NCBI GenBank assembly: GCA_012295275.1
Contig: CM022679.1
Span: forward strand, 16,740,001-16,804,000
Direction of reading: 5' to 3'
From: Chrysomallon squamiferum
Lineage: Eukaryota; Animalia; Mollusca
Length of the DNA: 64,000 bases
The position numbers were made by a program, and so were the translations under genes. The notes under the pieces are model-generated. The model saw nothing but the letters and a program-made list of their open reading frames with translations, did not search any database and had not been told where the DNA came from. Below are positions 36,669-49,593 of the stretch, one piece after another (position 1 is the first letter of the stretch; the number at the start of each line of letters is the position of its first letter).

Positions 36669-37813
36669 ATAGCGAGGACGTCAAATCGAAAAACAGTTCT
36701 TTTTACACCAACACTGTGATGGTGCATTTAATTTAAAAAAAAAAAATATTATTATTATTAATTACGTTTTTTCTCCACCACAAATCGGATTTTCATTCAA
36801 TATTTTATCACGACTACTTAGGAATTATTAATATATTCACTAAAATTTAAATTCGACACATTTTAATGCTTCAGCCTGTTTTATTGGATTTATTTTTCAG
36901 ATGCCAAAATTCCTTTCCTATAGAAAAGAGAAATATGAAATACAGAAATGAAATTTTCCAAATTATTCTAACAGAATCGTTTGTTTTACATCGCTAGTTA
37001 AACCATAAAATGTTTAGCGGATTTGTAAGAATTGTTGCCTCATTTGCCTCAATGTAGTTCTGGCATGATAAATATCTTTGTTTAATAATAAAATGGAGTT
37101 TGATAATGAAAGTCATCTTACGATACCCATTTGATTAGTGAGAGTGGAGGCGCAGGCACAACGCTGACTTGAGACACCGTTGATCACAAGATCAGTCCAC
37201 CGTAGTCCACTTACTGACCTAATTCCCGTAACAGCCAATCACTTGTTTATAAAATGGTTTTTCCTACTTCAGCACGACGACGCCTAATGGATTATGCTGA
37301 AAATCATTTAGAACACACTCAACTAGAATGTATGTGTGGGATTTTTTTTAATTTTTTTTTTTTTATCTCGTTTATCACATGTTTTTTAAACAGTTAATAG
37401 ATTTGTTGTGTGATGTACATACTGAATGCGATATCGTAGAAAGAAGACATATCTTGTTATACGATGCACTTAACTTATTATTATTATTATTAAAGAACGT
37501 AAATCGATATAAAATTATTATTCATCGATATAAAACCATTTTTGAATTTTAATTTTTTTTTTATATGAATGAGGATGGGCGTGTAGCGTGTGTTGTGTAT
37601 GCATTTTGTGTATGTGTGTGCTGACTCTTTACTAGAATAAGATATTGCAGTATTTTTCATAGCTTCAGCAGTGAAAGCAGTAATTAATTTCCAAGTTTTA
37701 GTATATTAAGTACTTTGTTTTTATTTTCCATAGTAACGATATTTCACTAAATTTCCTGTAATTGGCTTCTATTCCTACAAACTCGGCCTTTGGCCTATAA
37801 AAAATATTTATAA

Positions 37814-37847
<34 letters not shown>

Positions 37848-40800
37848 AACAATAACAACTTTTAACAGCTACTTAGAATTTAAACGTGTCATGTCCATGT
37901 TTTTTCTACAAGAATGATTTGTGCTAACTTTGATCAAGTATATCTCTTTATCTAATCATGTTAAACAGCGTGTGTGTAATGGACGGTTCATTAGTTGTGT
38001 GTTGATAATGTACAGTACAGCTGCATTCTGATATCAAATATTACCTTCCCCTGAACTCAGTACACATAGGACTAAAGCAAAATATTTATCTAAAATCCAA
38101 CTCATAATAAATCCAAATTATAAAAACACTAATAAAAATGAAATTCACAAATATCGCGTAAAAATAACATATTCATCATTTACAAAAATCGATCAGATAA
38201 ACACACACATACACACTACTGGAACTGGCATATAAGCTACGTTTCTTTCTTCTTCTTTTTTTTTTGTCACTATTGCTGTCGTCATTACTGTTGTAAGCTA
38301 TCATTAATATCATTTTTATTATTATTGTTATTATTATCATTATTATTATTATTATTGTTGTTTTTGTTGTTGTTGTTGTTTTTTGTTGCTGTTGCTGTTA
38401 TTATTATTATTACCCTGATGCAATTATTTTTGATATTCTTCAAAACATGGACTATATAAATTTCTGTAACGGTAAAGATGTTTAGAAGAGAGTAAAATAC
38501 AGCGCACATTTGGTAAGAACATTATTCACAATCTATTCATCTTTGTGACAGGAGGTCGTGTTTTCTGAAACTGAGTACAAGACATCAGTGTACAGTTTCT
38601 CATTAAACTTCTTTACAAATTAATTGCAACGAAATCGAATAATCTCCCTTTTTTTCAATCCCATTCAGCTGGGAACTAAAAGGCGTCCTTGAGTCCGTAT
38701 TTTTATTTATTCCTTCTTTTTTTTTTTCACTTCTGCAAAGACAAAGTACATCTTTCAAGCATGAAGAACAGTAGTTCACAGATAAACACAGACACACATA
38801 TTACGAAACAAAATAATAATAAAAATTAAATAATAAATAAAAAAATGTATGATCTCCGTAGAAAGGAGGCCAAATGTGAAAAATAATTTAAATTGATAAT
38901 TAGTACTTAATTTTGTTATTTTCTAAAGATTTTATAATTTGTTTTTATTCAGTAGATTCTTCTTTCACCGAAGAAATATTATTGGATAAAATGTCAACAT
39001 GAACAATGCACTTATCTTTTTTACTGTTAAAAATGTAATTTCATGTAATATGTTTTTTATCTGCAGGATTCAGCGACATATTTAGACAACGACTTCTTCG
39101 TGGAATTTTTTATCTCTGATTCACCACAAGTATGTATAATAAATAAATATTATCAGTAATATTTTTTTCTATTTAAAGCTAAATAAACTTTAATAATTTC
39201 AAAAAATATTTTTTAAAAGTATATATATATATATATCATAAACATTTTTTAAACCGGTACAACACAATCGATCCCGGTGTTTACTGACCCTTTTTTACGC
39301 CTAAACATTTCTCAGCCTCTTAGACAGTCCATCGACCACTGAGCTAAACAGTACTTCATACAGCGTATAGGTCAGTTATTCAGTGCTCTTCAAGATAAAG
39401 ATGGATTCTGAAAAAAAAAATCTAATTCACACAAAAAAAGAACTTGTTTAAAAATTATTAGGTTTTTTATTATTTTATTTTTACCTTCTTAATTTTTTAG
39501 AGTTATTCTGGAGGAGTTAAAAAAACTGAAATATTAATTTACAAACAAAATCATTACACCTGACAGAAATGAGAGAAGTTATGAAAGAAGTTATACTGAT
39601 CAAAGTAGTTAGGGAATATGAAATATTTTGATGTGTGAGACGACAAACATGTCGACTTAAAAAAACAATATTAGTTCATGGATCAAAATTTTCTTCCAGT
39701 CGTCTGTCTCACATTCTCGTATTTGTACGCAGCACATAATGTCATAATAACGAACTGTGTGACGATGCTGGCGTTCACGCCTGTGACATGTCAGACAGTT
39801 CAGACAGTACTGACAGCTGTACTGAAATACACGGCTGCGACTGCTTTTCACCATTGCTCTATATCCTAGATATAACAAAAAACAAACAATCTTGTTGTGG
39901 AATATAGTTTATCTTAAAAAGGTACTCGCGAATTCAGAATTTGTGGGAAGCTGATCCACCAATAGATTCTCTGGGCTTCGAATCAGGAAGTAGAACGTTC
40001 GGGTCAGTTCAATGAAAGTGACCTCCAGCTAAAGACGTTGTGTCCATTAATTGTGTCTTCAGCGTATCTCTGACATATACAGACATGATAAATGAATCAG
40101 ACACTGCACACCAGTATATTTACAATTTTATATTACAGTGTACCCATTCTTTTCAGTCTAATTCTAGAGCTAGGCTATTTATCTTTACGTTACAGTGTAT
40201 GACATATTGTACTGATCATTTTCCGTATTATCCAAGCAACATTAACAGATGTCTTAGCAGATTCTATAAGTCAGTCGCAAGAGTGGGATGATCTGTAAAA
40301 ATACCTGAGACAGGCGAAACATGCTGACACGTAATAAATAATAAATTCATGATGGACGTGTGCCTTCTACAAGTGTTTTTATTTTAATTTCATTTTATAT
40401 CCAGACAAAATATGTTATATCCAGACCCAGTTGCACCTTCCCCTATTCTTCCAGACAATCACTGAGGACACTAGAGACAAGATTTTTGAATTGCATCCAA
40501 AGACCTGAGATCAGATTCTGAAACTGCAAAGGCAACATCCAACTCCTATGGAAAGCATTAGTTTTATTATTACTGTTTTTACTCAAGTACCATATATATA
40601 TATATATATATACTTCTGTGTATGTGAACATTCACACATAATGTATGTGTGTGTGCATAGTACGTACGCGTGTATGTATGTAATATATAGTTTCATATAT
40701 ATATGAGAAAGAGAGAGAGAGAGAGAGCGCGCGAGAGAGAGAGAGAGAAAAAAAAAATGAGAGAGAGAGGGTGTGTTTATGGTAGAAACCAGTGGATTGA

Positions 40801-41977
40801 AACGAAACCTGAAGAAAAGGCGGAAATGAGGTCTTAAAAAAATAATACTTGTTGACAAATTTTTTACTAAGTCATTTCCAGCTGTCTTCACGCAGCATTT
40901 CACTTACTGAGGAGCACTCGAGGGAAATTTCAAATAATCTGTCTCTGCATGAAACCATTACCGTCGTCAGCTTTTGTTTTATTACGCTCTGTCCTCATGA
41001 AATCTTTAGTCTGAGACAGATTTTGAAAACTTATTTTAAAATAATAATAAAAATGTCGACAACGAAAACGACAGATAATAAATAATGATAAGAAGAAGAA
41101 GAAGACGAAAAAAAACCAATAAAAAAAACGGTGTATGAGAACAAAAAAAAACAAAAAAAAGGTAAGGAAGAAGAATAATAAGAATAAAAGTAAAAGAGAA
41201 AAATAATAGACCCAAATGGAATAGAGAAAACAAAATTTTAAAAACTGCTTTTATACTTTTAAAGGTAAATAAAGTAAAATTAGTAAATAAAATGTTATCT
41301 ATACATGGGTAATAGTAATAAAAAAGTAATTTTTTATTTTTTTTTAAATGGTACATCTTATCACCGTTTAGTGTTAATTATTAGTTCAGGCGTAACTTTT
41401 GTTTCTGCCTCGTTCTTAAACAAGAACAACAACAAAAAATAATAATAATAATAATAATATGATGATGGTGATGATGAAGATGTGATGATGATGACAAAAA
41501 TAATTTAAATACCTTTAAGCTTATAAAGTTTTAATAAGAAATTGTTTAATATATTCTAATTTTTCTTTCTGTCAAAAGTCAATTGATTTCAACATAAATC
41601 TTTATAAAATAACTTTTTTCCACTGCTTAATGCCAAATTATTTCCTCAAAATTACTCTTTATTGATTTTTGTTTTGGTAGAAATGATTTCTTGCAGAGTG
41701 AAAAAGAAGTTTTATTTTTCTAAGTAATTTCTTTGTATGGCAATAGACAGTCACTAAAAATAAAATAAGAGTTAGCTGTGGGTTTTTTTTGGTTGTCGAG
41801 GTTAATACCAAATCTGTATGTTCCAGACTATGATGGATAAAAACTTCGCCTGAACTATTATACAAGAGATGTGTAGCATTCATTGATTTGATTGGATGGT
41901 GGCACGGAAACGACAGCTCGCTTTTCTAGAAGAAAAAAACAAATCATTATCGAGAAAAGAAAAGGAAAGGAAAAAAG

Positions 41978-42042
41978 CGAAACAGACAGATCTTTTCATT
42001 GGAGAAAAACGAAACAGACAGATCTTTTCATTGGAGAAAAAC
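41978..42042. repeat. Perfect 32-bp direct duplication
   Basis: cgaaacagacagatcttttcattggagaaaaa occurs twice in tandem. Confidence 0.9.
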
Positions 42043-45000
42043 AAAACAAAAATGTTTATGTTTCTATGATTTGAAGATCAAGAATAAATGGTAGATAACT
42101 CATTTAGTTCCACTATTGTTGTTTTTAATGTTGTTTTTGTAATTTTATTTATATATATGTAATTGCTGTTGTTGATTTTCCTTTTGAGTTCAGACTTTCT
42201 AAATGAATTATCGAATGAGAGGAACATGAAGAAACATGTCATGTTAATAACATACATTGTTACGTCATGATGTGTCATCACATTTAAAACAGGCCACAAT
42301 AATTATTCTGAAAATTTTCTTTTAATTTTGAAAAAATTAGACTAAATATTAAAATAACGTTTTGATTTTTTTCCTTTTTATTTATTTTTTTTAATTTAAT
42401 TTTTTGTTTTATTTATTTATTTTTTGTTTGTTTTTTGTTTATTTTGTTTTGTTTTGTTTTGTAATTACTTTTTGTTGTAATATATGTGGTTTTTTCGTGT
42501 TTTGTTTTCCTTCCAACATAACAAAATTAATAAGCCTAACCCAAAACATTTCCATAACACTTGTCTTGACAAGTTTTCACAGATTACTTCATTACTCACT
42601 GATTTTTGGCAAAGCAGGGGGCACAATTCTGCATTGAATTTAATCTCACCGACTCTCGTTTGCCTAAAGACTGTAATAGCGAACGATTATTTTAAGGGCT
42701 TCAGTACGGTCGATGAACGTTCGGTAGTACATAACTTTTTATATGTTCCAAAAGACTAGTCATAAACTAATAAATCAGTTTGATAGGCGTCATGCATTAC
42801 TGATATCTTAGCCTTCGACAAAAGTTTAGAAGCAAGCTACATCTGACTGTAGATATCACATAATATATATATTTTAATTTATATATATATATATATATAT
42901 TATAATGAAAATTGAACATACGACAGGCAGATACTCTGGAGGGAACACGTGGCACACCTCCTCCCTTTTATTTTTTTTTAAATGAAACTCTAGTAATCTT
43001 GAAAGTTATATAAATCACAATGTCGGCGCAATCCTTTGTAAAATATTGGATCCACTCCTGGATACAGTTATGATGAAACTCTTTTTCTATTGACTGGTTG
43101 TGATACACGAGTTAACATTGTTTAATGAGTGCTATAAGCTATTTATATTCTGTTTGCACGGTGTTCACAGGAAACGAGAAATGAAGACATAACCTGATGA
43201 AAAATAAAAAAACACTCTGACCACAAAACAAAATGTGTTACTGTTTTCAAATACTAAAATACTGTAGAATTAATTTCAAAGAAGCCTTTAGTTTTCAGGA
43301 TCGAAAACCTGCTTTAGGTATCTATATATTAAGTTATATCATGTTAATCCAGTCACTGTTGTTATTTCGTATACAGTTTAATATTCTGTATACCTAAGTT
43401 TTATTTTTAATTGATAATGAATAACTTCAACAATCACGACCACAAGAGAAACGATATCTCTGTGTAAATAAAGTGTATAGCTGCTGAGATCAATAAATAA
43501 AATAGAATAATATATAGAAGAAAAAAAAAATTAAATAATAGAAAATATTTCTACTAGTGTGATACATTTTCCTAGGGATAGCTTTATTCTAACGCGTTAT
43601 AAAATCAAGTGCATTTACACTTATCTATTAAATTTATCTCAACGTCTTTTAACAGAAACACGGAAACAAAATAGCAATAAGAACTAAAGCAAAACATTTG
43701 CCCTTCGCACAGCCACTTACATATACTCAAAAGAAAGAAAAGACACACTTATATAAATATTACTGGTCTGTCGTACAAAATACAAAATAATGCTTTAATA
43801 AGATATGTGTTTGCATTAAAAACAAAACAAACAAAACCTAAAATGATAAAATTAGGTGAAATGTGAAAGCAGTAAAGAGTTTTATAGAAAGAGCCAGTGA
43901 CTGAGTGTGTTGACAGGGAGGGTGTGTCTCGCTGTACGTGTAGCTTTGTGTAGACAAAGATCAGATATCACTAACATGCTCTAGTTGGTGACTGTTATTT
44001 TGTAAAACGGACCTATGCAAGCGGTAAGGTGTACGATTAAATAGTTCAATAGTTTCTGTTGCAATAATTTGCTGTTATTGTTGTTGTTGCGTGAGTATAT
44101 GTGCGTGTATTTTAGTTGGGGAATTACAGATACTATTATACGCCTCCTGTAATGTTAATTTTAAAATATTTTAGATGTTTGCACGTAACTATTTTGTATA
44201 TGGGGGAAGTTTACGTATATTGAACATGTACCTATATGGAACCTCTGGCATTGCTCAGCCTCTGTTTGAAATGTGTTTTGTCACAATTGTGTGATATCTT
44301 GGTCGACATCGTGCATTTTTTATATTAATGATAGCGGAAAGTCAACCGACGCGAAAAAGATGAGAAAAATCTTATTTCGTCCATGTAAACGTAACTTTAT
44401 TTCTATTTTTGTAGCTGTGTTGTAGAGATGATGGGTATAGGTGCATATGTAGGGCATTACAGTTTTTTAGGTTAGTCTTTGCATATGAGGTTCTGGACAA
44501 TATAACCGACAAAACTGAATTTTTGTCGATATTTTTTAACTGGTCCATAAAACTTGGAGTTTGTAAGTTTACTTTTTTTGTTTGTTTTTTAACTTTACGA
44601 GGGTTTTAGATCTTACATCTGTCAGCTACGACTAGATTGACTGCATCTCGACTGAGCAATACAGGTCAGAAGTTAGGGAGTTCATTATACTTACACTTCC
44701 CCTAATTTGACTTGTTTGCTATAATAATGCAATTATAAGTCAAAAGATCTAAGATTTGTGATGGAAAATATTATGTAATTGTATTTATTTATATAACAAT
44801 AATATGTATTATTAGAATGAAGTTTAAATTTTAAAAATGTTCTGCTTTGATTAACAAATAAAATATTTCGAGTTTTAACAATACGTTACGATATGTTTTC
44901 ATTACCGTTTATACATTCATTTGCACAATAAAAACAAATTAAATTCATAGAAAATTTGTTTACAGTAGATTTTGGTTTGTGGTATGTAATTATAAAATTA

Positions 45001-45452
45001 TAATTAGAATATATAATACAAACAAATAGATAATATTAAAAAAATAATTTAAACAAATATAAAATTGTGCAGTTGTAATAAATGAAATGTTAGTTTTGAA
45101 TAACTATTCTGAATATATAAGTTTACAAATGGGTAATCCTATTGAAAATACACATAATCTGAGCTTGCATTCAGATTACTTTTCCTGTCAAACAGTTCAT
45201 TATACCGCCCATCGGTTCTTCATTGATAAATAACCTTGTAAGAGAAATTGAAAGTGTTTGTGGAAGTTGCGTTTCGGACTCTCCCTAATTTTATATCGTT
45301 TGTGTAAAACGAGAAATGAATTAGAGCATTTCCGGAACTTAATGCAATTAAAGTGGTGAAAAAAAAAAAAAAAAAAAAAAAAGGATACAGGATTCGTCAG
45401 TAATATAATATTCTAAATTCTTAATGTTTTTAATGTACCGTTTCAGGCTGCA

Positions 45453-46675
45453 ATGCGACCAAATATTAAAACATTTTTAAGAGTCTGCACTTTATGTTTG
45501 ATAACTCTGTTGTGTTTTTCGTGGTACTTGTTATTTTCTAAAGACAGACACGGAATTCTGTCAAGAACATTGATTTCAAATAAGCAGGATTCCAGAGAAG
45601 AAAATGATGGAGAAATGACTAACTTTATCACTAAACGCAAGTTAACACAGAAGCGAGGAACTTACAAAAACATGGACGTAGAAATCAGTTAGCAAAAATA
45701 AAAGAAGATAATAAAGTGAATATTAAAAGTGTTCAAGCGAATTTTAAACACGTTACAAATAAAAATTACAACAGAAAGAAATATTTGATTTATCTCTGCA
45801 AACGCAGTTCTTCTTGCAGCGGATGGGCTGATCGTCAGAGAGCGATCATTTCAGCTTTCTTGTTAGCCGAAAGATCAAACAGAACATTTGGAATAATTCT
45901 AACAAGCCCTTGTGATTTTATAAAGTTTTATATTCCAAACAAGTATAATTGGGCTGTAAATGAAAGTGATTTGACTAATATGACTATCGCCTATACAACA
46001 GATATATTCTTACGTAACATAGCTTCGTTGGATTTCAACAAACAATATCCAGAGGATCTTATCTATCTTCGAACTCACCGCGACTTGTTTCAGCGAATCC
46101 GAGACAATTTCCATTTACCTAAACCTACACCTCGATGGGCTAAATTTAATAAACCTGATTCTTTTAGAAATGGCTGGAATCTGTTAATGAAACGGTCCCA
46201 TCAATTTGACAGAAAATTCAGAAATATCACCTCAGGATTGACAGAAAATGATAAAATGATATGTGCTCACGTGCGCCTTCGAAAAAATCCAACTATACCT
46301 ATGGATGGTAAAAGCATCAATTCGTTAGACAGCGTGGGAAAACTTTGGATATTTTTGGATATTCACTATCCTAACGCCAGTCGAATTTTCGTGGCTACTG
46401 ATTCCACAGACGTCAGAATGTGGGCCAGACGACACTTCAAAGAGCGGGAAATAGACACAGGACAAACTATTCTGCACGTAGAAAAGCAGAAACGACTGAA
46501 AACCGCATGTGAAGGTTTTGAAAGCGTTCTGTTGGATCAGGCTGTTCTGGCTCAGTGCAGTGTGTTAGTCTGTTCCAACAGCAACCTGTGCAAACAAGCT
46601 GCTTACATCGGAGGGTTAAGAAAAAACGTGTTTATGTTTAACAATGGAAAAGTGTATCCTTTTCAGATCAAGTGA
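45453..46675 (+). CDS. Type II membrane glycosyltransferase of the fucosyltransferase (GT-B; FUT8/POFUT/GT11-like) superfamily, intronless CDS with a 1-nt frameshift near 45632-45690
   Basis: ORF 45453-45692 gives a short cytosolic tail, a TM helix (VCTLCLITLLCFSWYLLF) and a stem. ORF 45716-46675 has GWADR, motif I CAHVR, motif II IFVATDS and motif III DQAVLAQCSVLVCSNS. The second frame is open from 45635. An acceptor tttcag at 45441-45446 implies a 5'UTR exon upstream. Confidence 0.8.
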
Positions 46676-46964
46676 TAAACCTTTCAACAAAATAATCTAA
46701 AATTAAATTTTGAAAATGTCTAAGCTGACTTTTAAACGAAAGCCACTATAACGAATATAAAATTCTCGTTGGATATTATTTGAATTTCTAAGTAGCATCA
46801 ACTACATTATCACCATGTAAAAGCTTTCAGTAAATAGCATATATTTCTTATTGATCAACTGCATCAACACATTAAGAGTACATACATTGTTATTGGTTGC
46901 AGTATATGTATGCATACATACATACATAGACACATATAGACACTGTGTGTGTCTGTATATATGA

Positions 46965-47001
<37 letters not shown>

Positions 47002-47100
47002 AACACACACATATTATATATACATATATATACACACACATAAATATATACGTGCATACACACACACACAAACACACATATGTAGATATGATATAGGTAT

Positions 47101-48300
47101 CAGGGTGCAAAGCAGTGCTTTATATTTACTCTCCAACTAGCCAACTGTAGATTGATACTCGCCAGGCAACATATGAAACAATAATTAAAGAACTTTAAAC
47201 ACCAACCTGTGTTGTTTATTTTACTCAAGGGATGTTCAAAATGCAGTCACCAGCAGTGAAGAAAATATTCAAATTATTAATGTTTAATATATAGTTTGCT
47301 ATTAAAATTCTTTCCTACAAATATAACAGTTTCTTCAGTAGAATATTATAAGTATAATCTACTAGTGGGCAAGATGATTACTCTGAGACAATGTTCTGTG
47401 GCCATTCACTTTGAACTAAACACCGTGTTGGTTTTCTGGAACCAGAAGACAGCCAGTTCGTCATACAATTACCAGGATCAAACTGAGCAAGTTCGGGTCC
47501 CTCAGATGAGATGAGAATGAAGTCTGGTAACCTCTCTACAGACAAGCTATTTCTGACATCACACTTGATCCGTTTTCGAGTGGAAAATGCTCTTTCACAC
47601 TCAACTGAACTAATGGGCAGAACTAACATTATCTCAACTAGATGAAGCACATTTCTGAAGTCATCTTTGGAAGGTTCTTTCCTCAGTAGCAGCTACCACA
47701 GATCAGAAGAGGCTGTATTCTTAAACCTGTAATTCTTTAGCAGTTATCTCAGGTTTTTCCAACAGCTTGTGATGTGTCTTCGTATTCCATTATGTCTCCC
47801 TTCATCTCAATCCCCTGAAATGTACAGAATTCAGTTATTTGTCTTCTGACCTTCCATACACATCAGAAACTCTTCCTGGAGCAATCAGAAATGGGTGCAC
47901 CCCTTCACCTTCATGCTGCTTATGATTTCCATACAATCCCAAATGGCTGATACTAAAGTGGGTTCTAGACTGAATCTTGAGACTCAACAAAGCTTAAACT
48001 TGTCATGTTTTTTAACTGTTACCTCTGTTTAATGGCAGTGTTTTTAATGGTAGCTGCTAAACTTTCCATACAAGTGTATGCTGCTGCATAGTATCGAAAG
48101 TCAGATGATAAATCTCCACTCTTCTTCCCCCCGAGAAAGACTCTCTATTCTCTGTCTAGATGATTGACCCACATTGTTCCCTTCACTGGTGTTGGATTGT
48201 ATATCATAGCTTCCAACTCCTACCCAATCATTTTGAGTTCCCTTTTGCTCTCAGGGCTGAAACAAGTCTTTCATATCAACTGGAAATAATTTGAAACTGC
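47101..48300 (-). mobile_element. Decayed hAT DNA transposon (ZNF862-like transposase remnant)
   Basis: ORF 47378-47650 LVLPISSVECERAFSTRKRIKCDVRNSLSVERL matches the hAT C-terminal dimerisation motif. Upstream sequence looks like broken coding DNA. CAGGG terminus at 47101; the other boundary is approximate. Confidence 0.8.
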
Positions 48301-49338
48301 TAGAACCATACGACTCTTTTTGAGTACTATTCCTGCCATGTAACATTTAGCTCAACAACAGGAGCAAACAAACTGGTTATGAAGTTGCAACTAGCAAAAT
48401 CCGTTATGTGATGTGGCTTTCCGATTGTCGTTAATAAAACATTCGGAACAACTTGACTGTCAAGTTGGCCAAAGTGCTCCAAATATGTTATCAGAATACT
48501 TCAAATGACTTCGTCGGTCTTTCTCAAACAGTACAAAATATGAAAGTATGTTTACAATTTCGATCATCAATATACATGTTGTCTGATACAGTAAACGAAA
48601 ATATGTTTCATTCAAGAAAATAATAATTTAGTTGCCAAAAAACTGGTTTTTGCTATTTTAAATCACCATAACATAATTCTATTTGCAGTATTACACCCTC
48701 AATATATACATATATATATATATATATGCACACACACAAGGTTTTTCTTTTGCCAACTTAATACATGTGTATATAACCACATACTCAGAATGATGCAAAA
48801 GAAAAAACATTCCATCAATATATTTCAGAAAAACAACTTACATGTGTCCAAATAAAAACTCAGCCCGTTAGGTCTATAAACAATTTGAAGTACTGATCCA
48901 CCTATCTACATTATGTTGGGCTTAAGTCCACAGTTAAAGAGAATAGCTGTCGAGAAACCAATTATTTTTACATCCTTTCATTTGTTTTCTTTTTAAATAA
49001 ATCTGTCAAAGAAATATTTAACAATAAAAAGCAATGGACAAGAATGGGATCAAACAGCTATATATAACTTAAACAGGACTACCACATACACTATTTTGGA
49101 ATTTTATCACATCACTGCAAATTATTATCAGTCATTAGGTATATGATATTTTTTACAATTGTAGCTTTTTGTGTCCAAGTTGTGATAAACTGATTTAAAC
49201 CATCAGGTATTATTCATGCATGCATTTTTACATATTAACCAATACTAGAAAATTACATCAACACTAACTTTAACAAAATAAAAATGACAAATCCAGAATA
49301 AAATATGAACTAAACAAACATTCATTATTTTTTTTTCA

Positions 49339-49344
49339 TTTATT
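49339..49344 (-). terminator. Putative RACK1 polyadenylation signal AATAAA
   Basis: tttatt on plus strand, about 70 nt downstream of the stop codon. Confidence 0.6.
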
Positions 49345-49413
49345 TCCCAGATTTAATGTTTTTGGAAAACACTGGCTTTTTTTTTCTTCACATTTGTCCA
49401 TGTGTTAATAAGT

Positions 49414-49593
49414 CTATTTTGCAGCCATCGACACCTGCCAGACTCTAATCAGATTGTCACTGTATCCAGCAAACAAAGTCTGACCGTCAGAGGACCAGGC
49501 AAGCGAGAGACACTGTGGTGGTTCTCGGCCACTTCCAGCAGTTGACAGCACGTCAGGTTTAAGTTCATCCACGATAATCTTGCCTTCCAAATC
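49414..49593 (-). CDS. RACK1: RACK1 exon 7 (to stop)
   Basis: [59 protein letters not shown]. Confidence 0.97.
   Translation of the reverse strand, partial: DLEGKIIVDELKPDVLSTAGSGREPPQCLSLAWSSDGQTLFAGYSDNLIRVWQVSMAAK

Noticed and set aside
37135-37245. tRNA-like sequence
   Set aside because: No cloverleaf can be built. At most a degraded SINE head; the same applies near 39255-39350.
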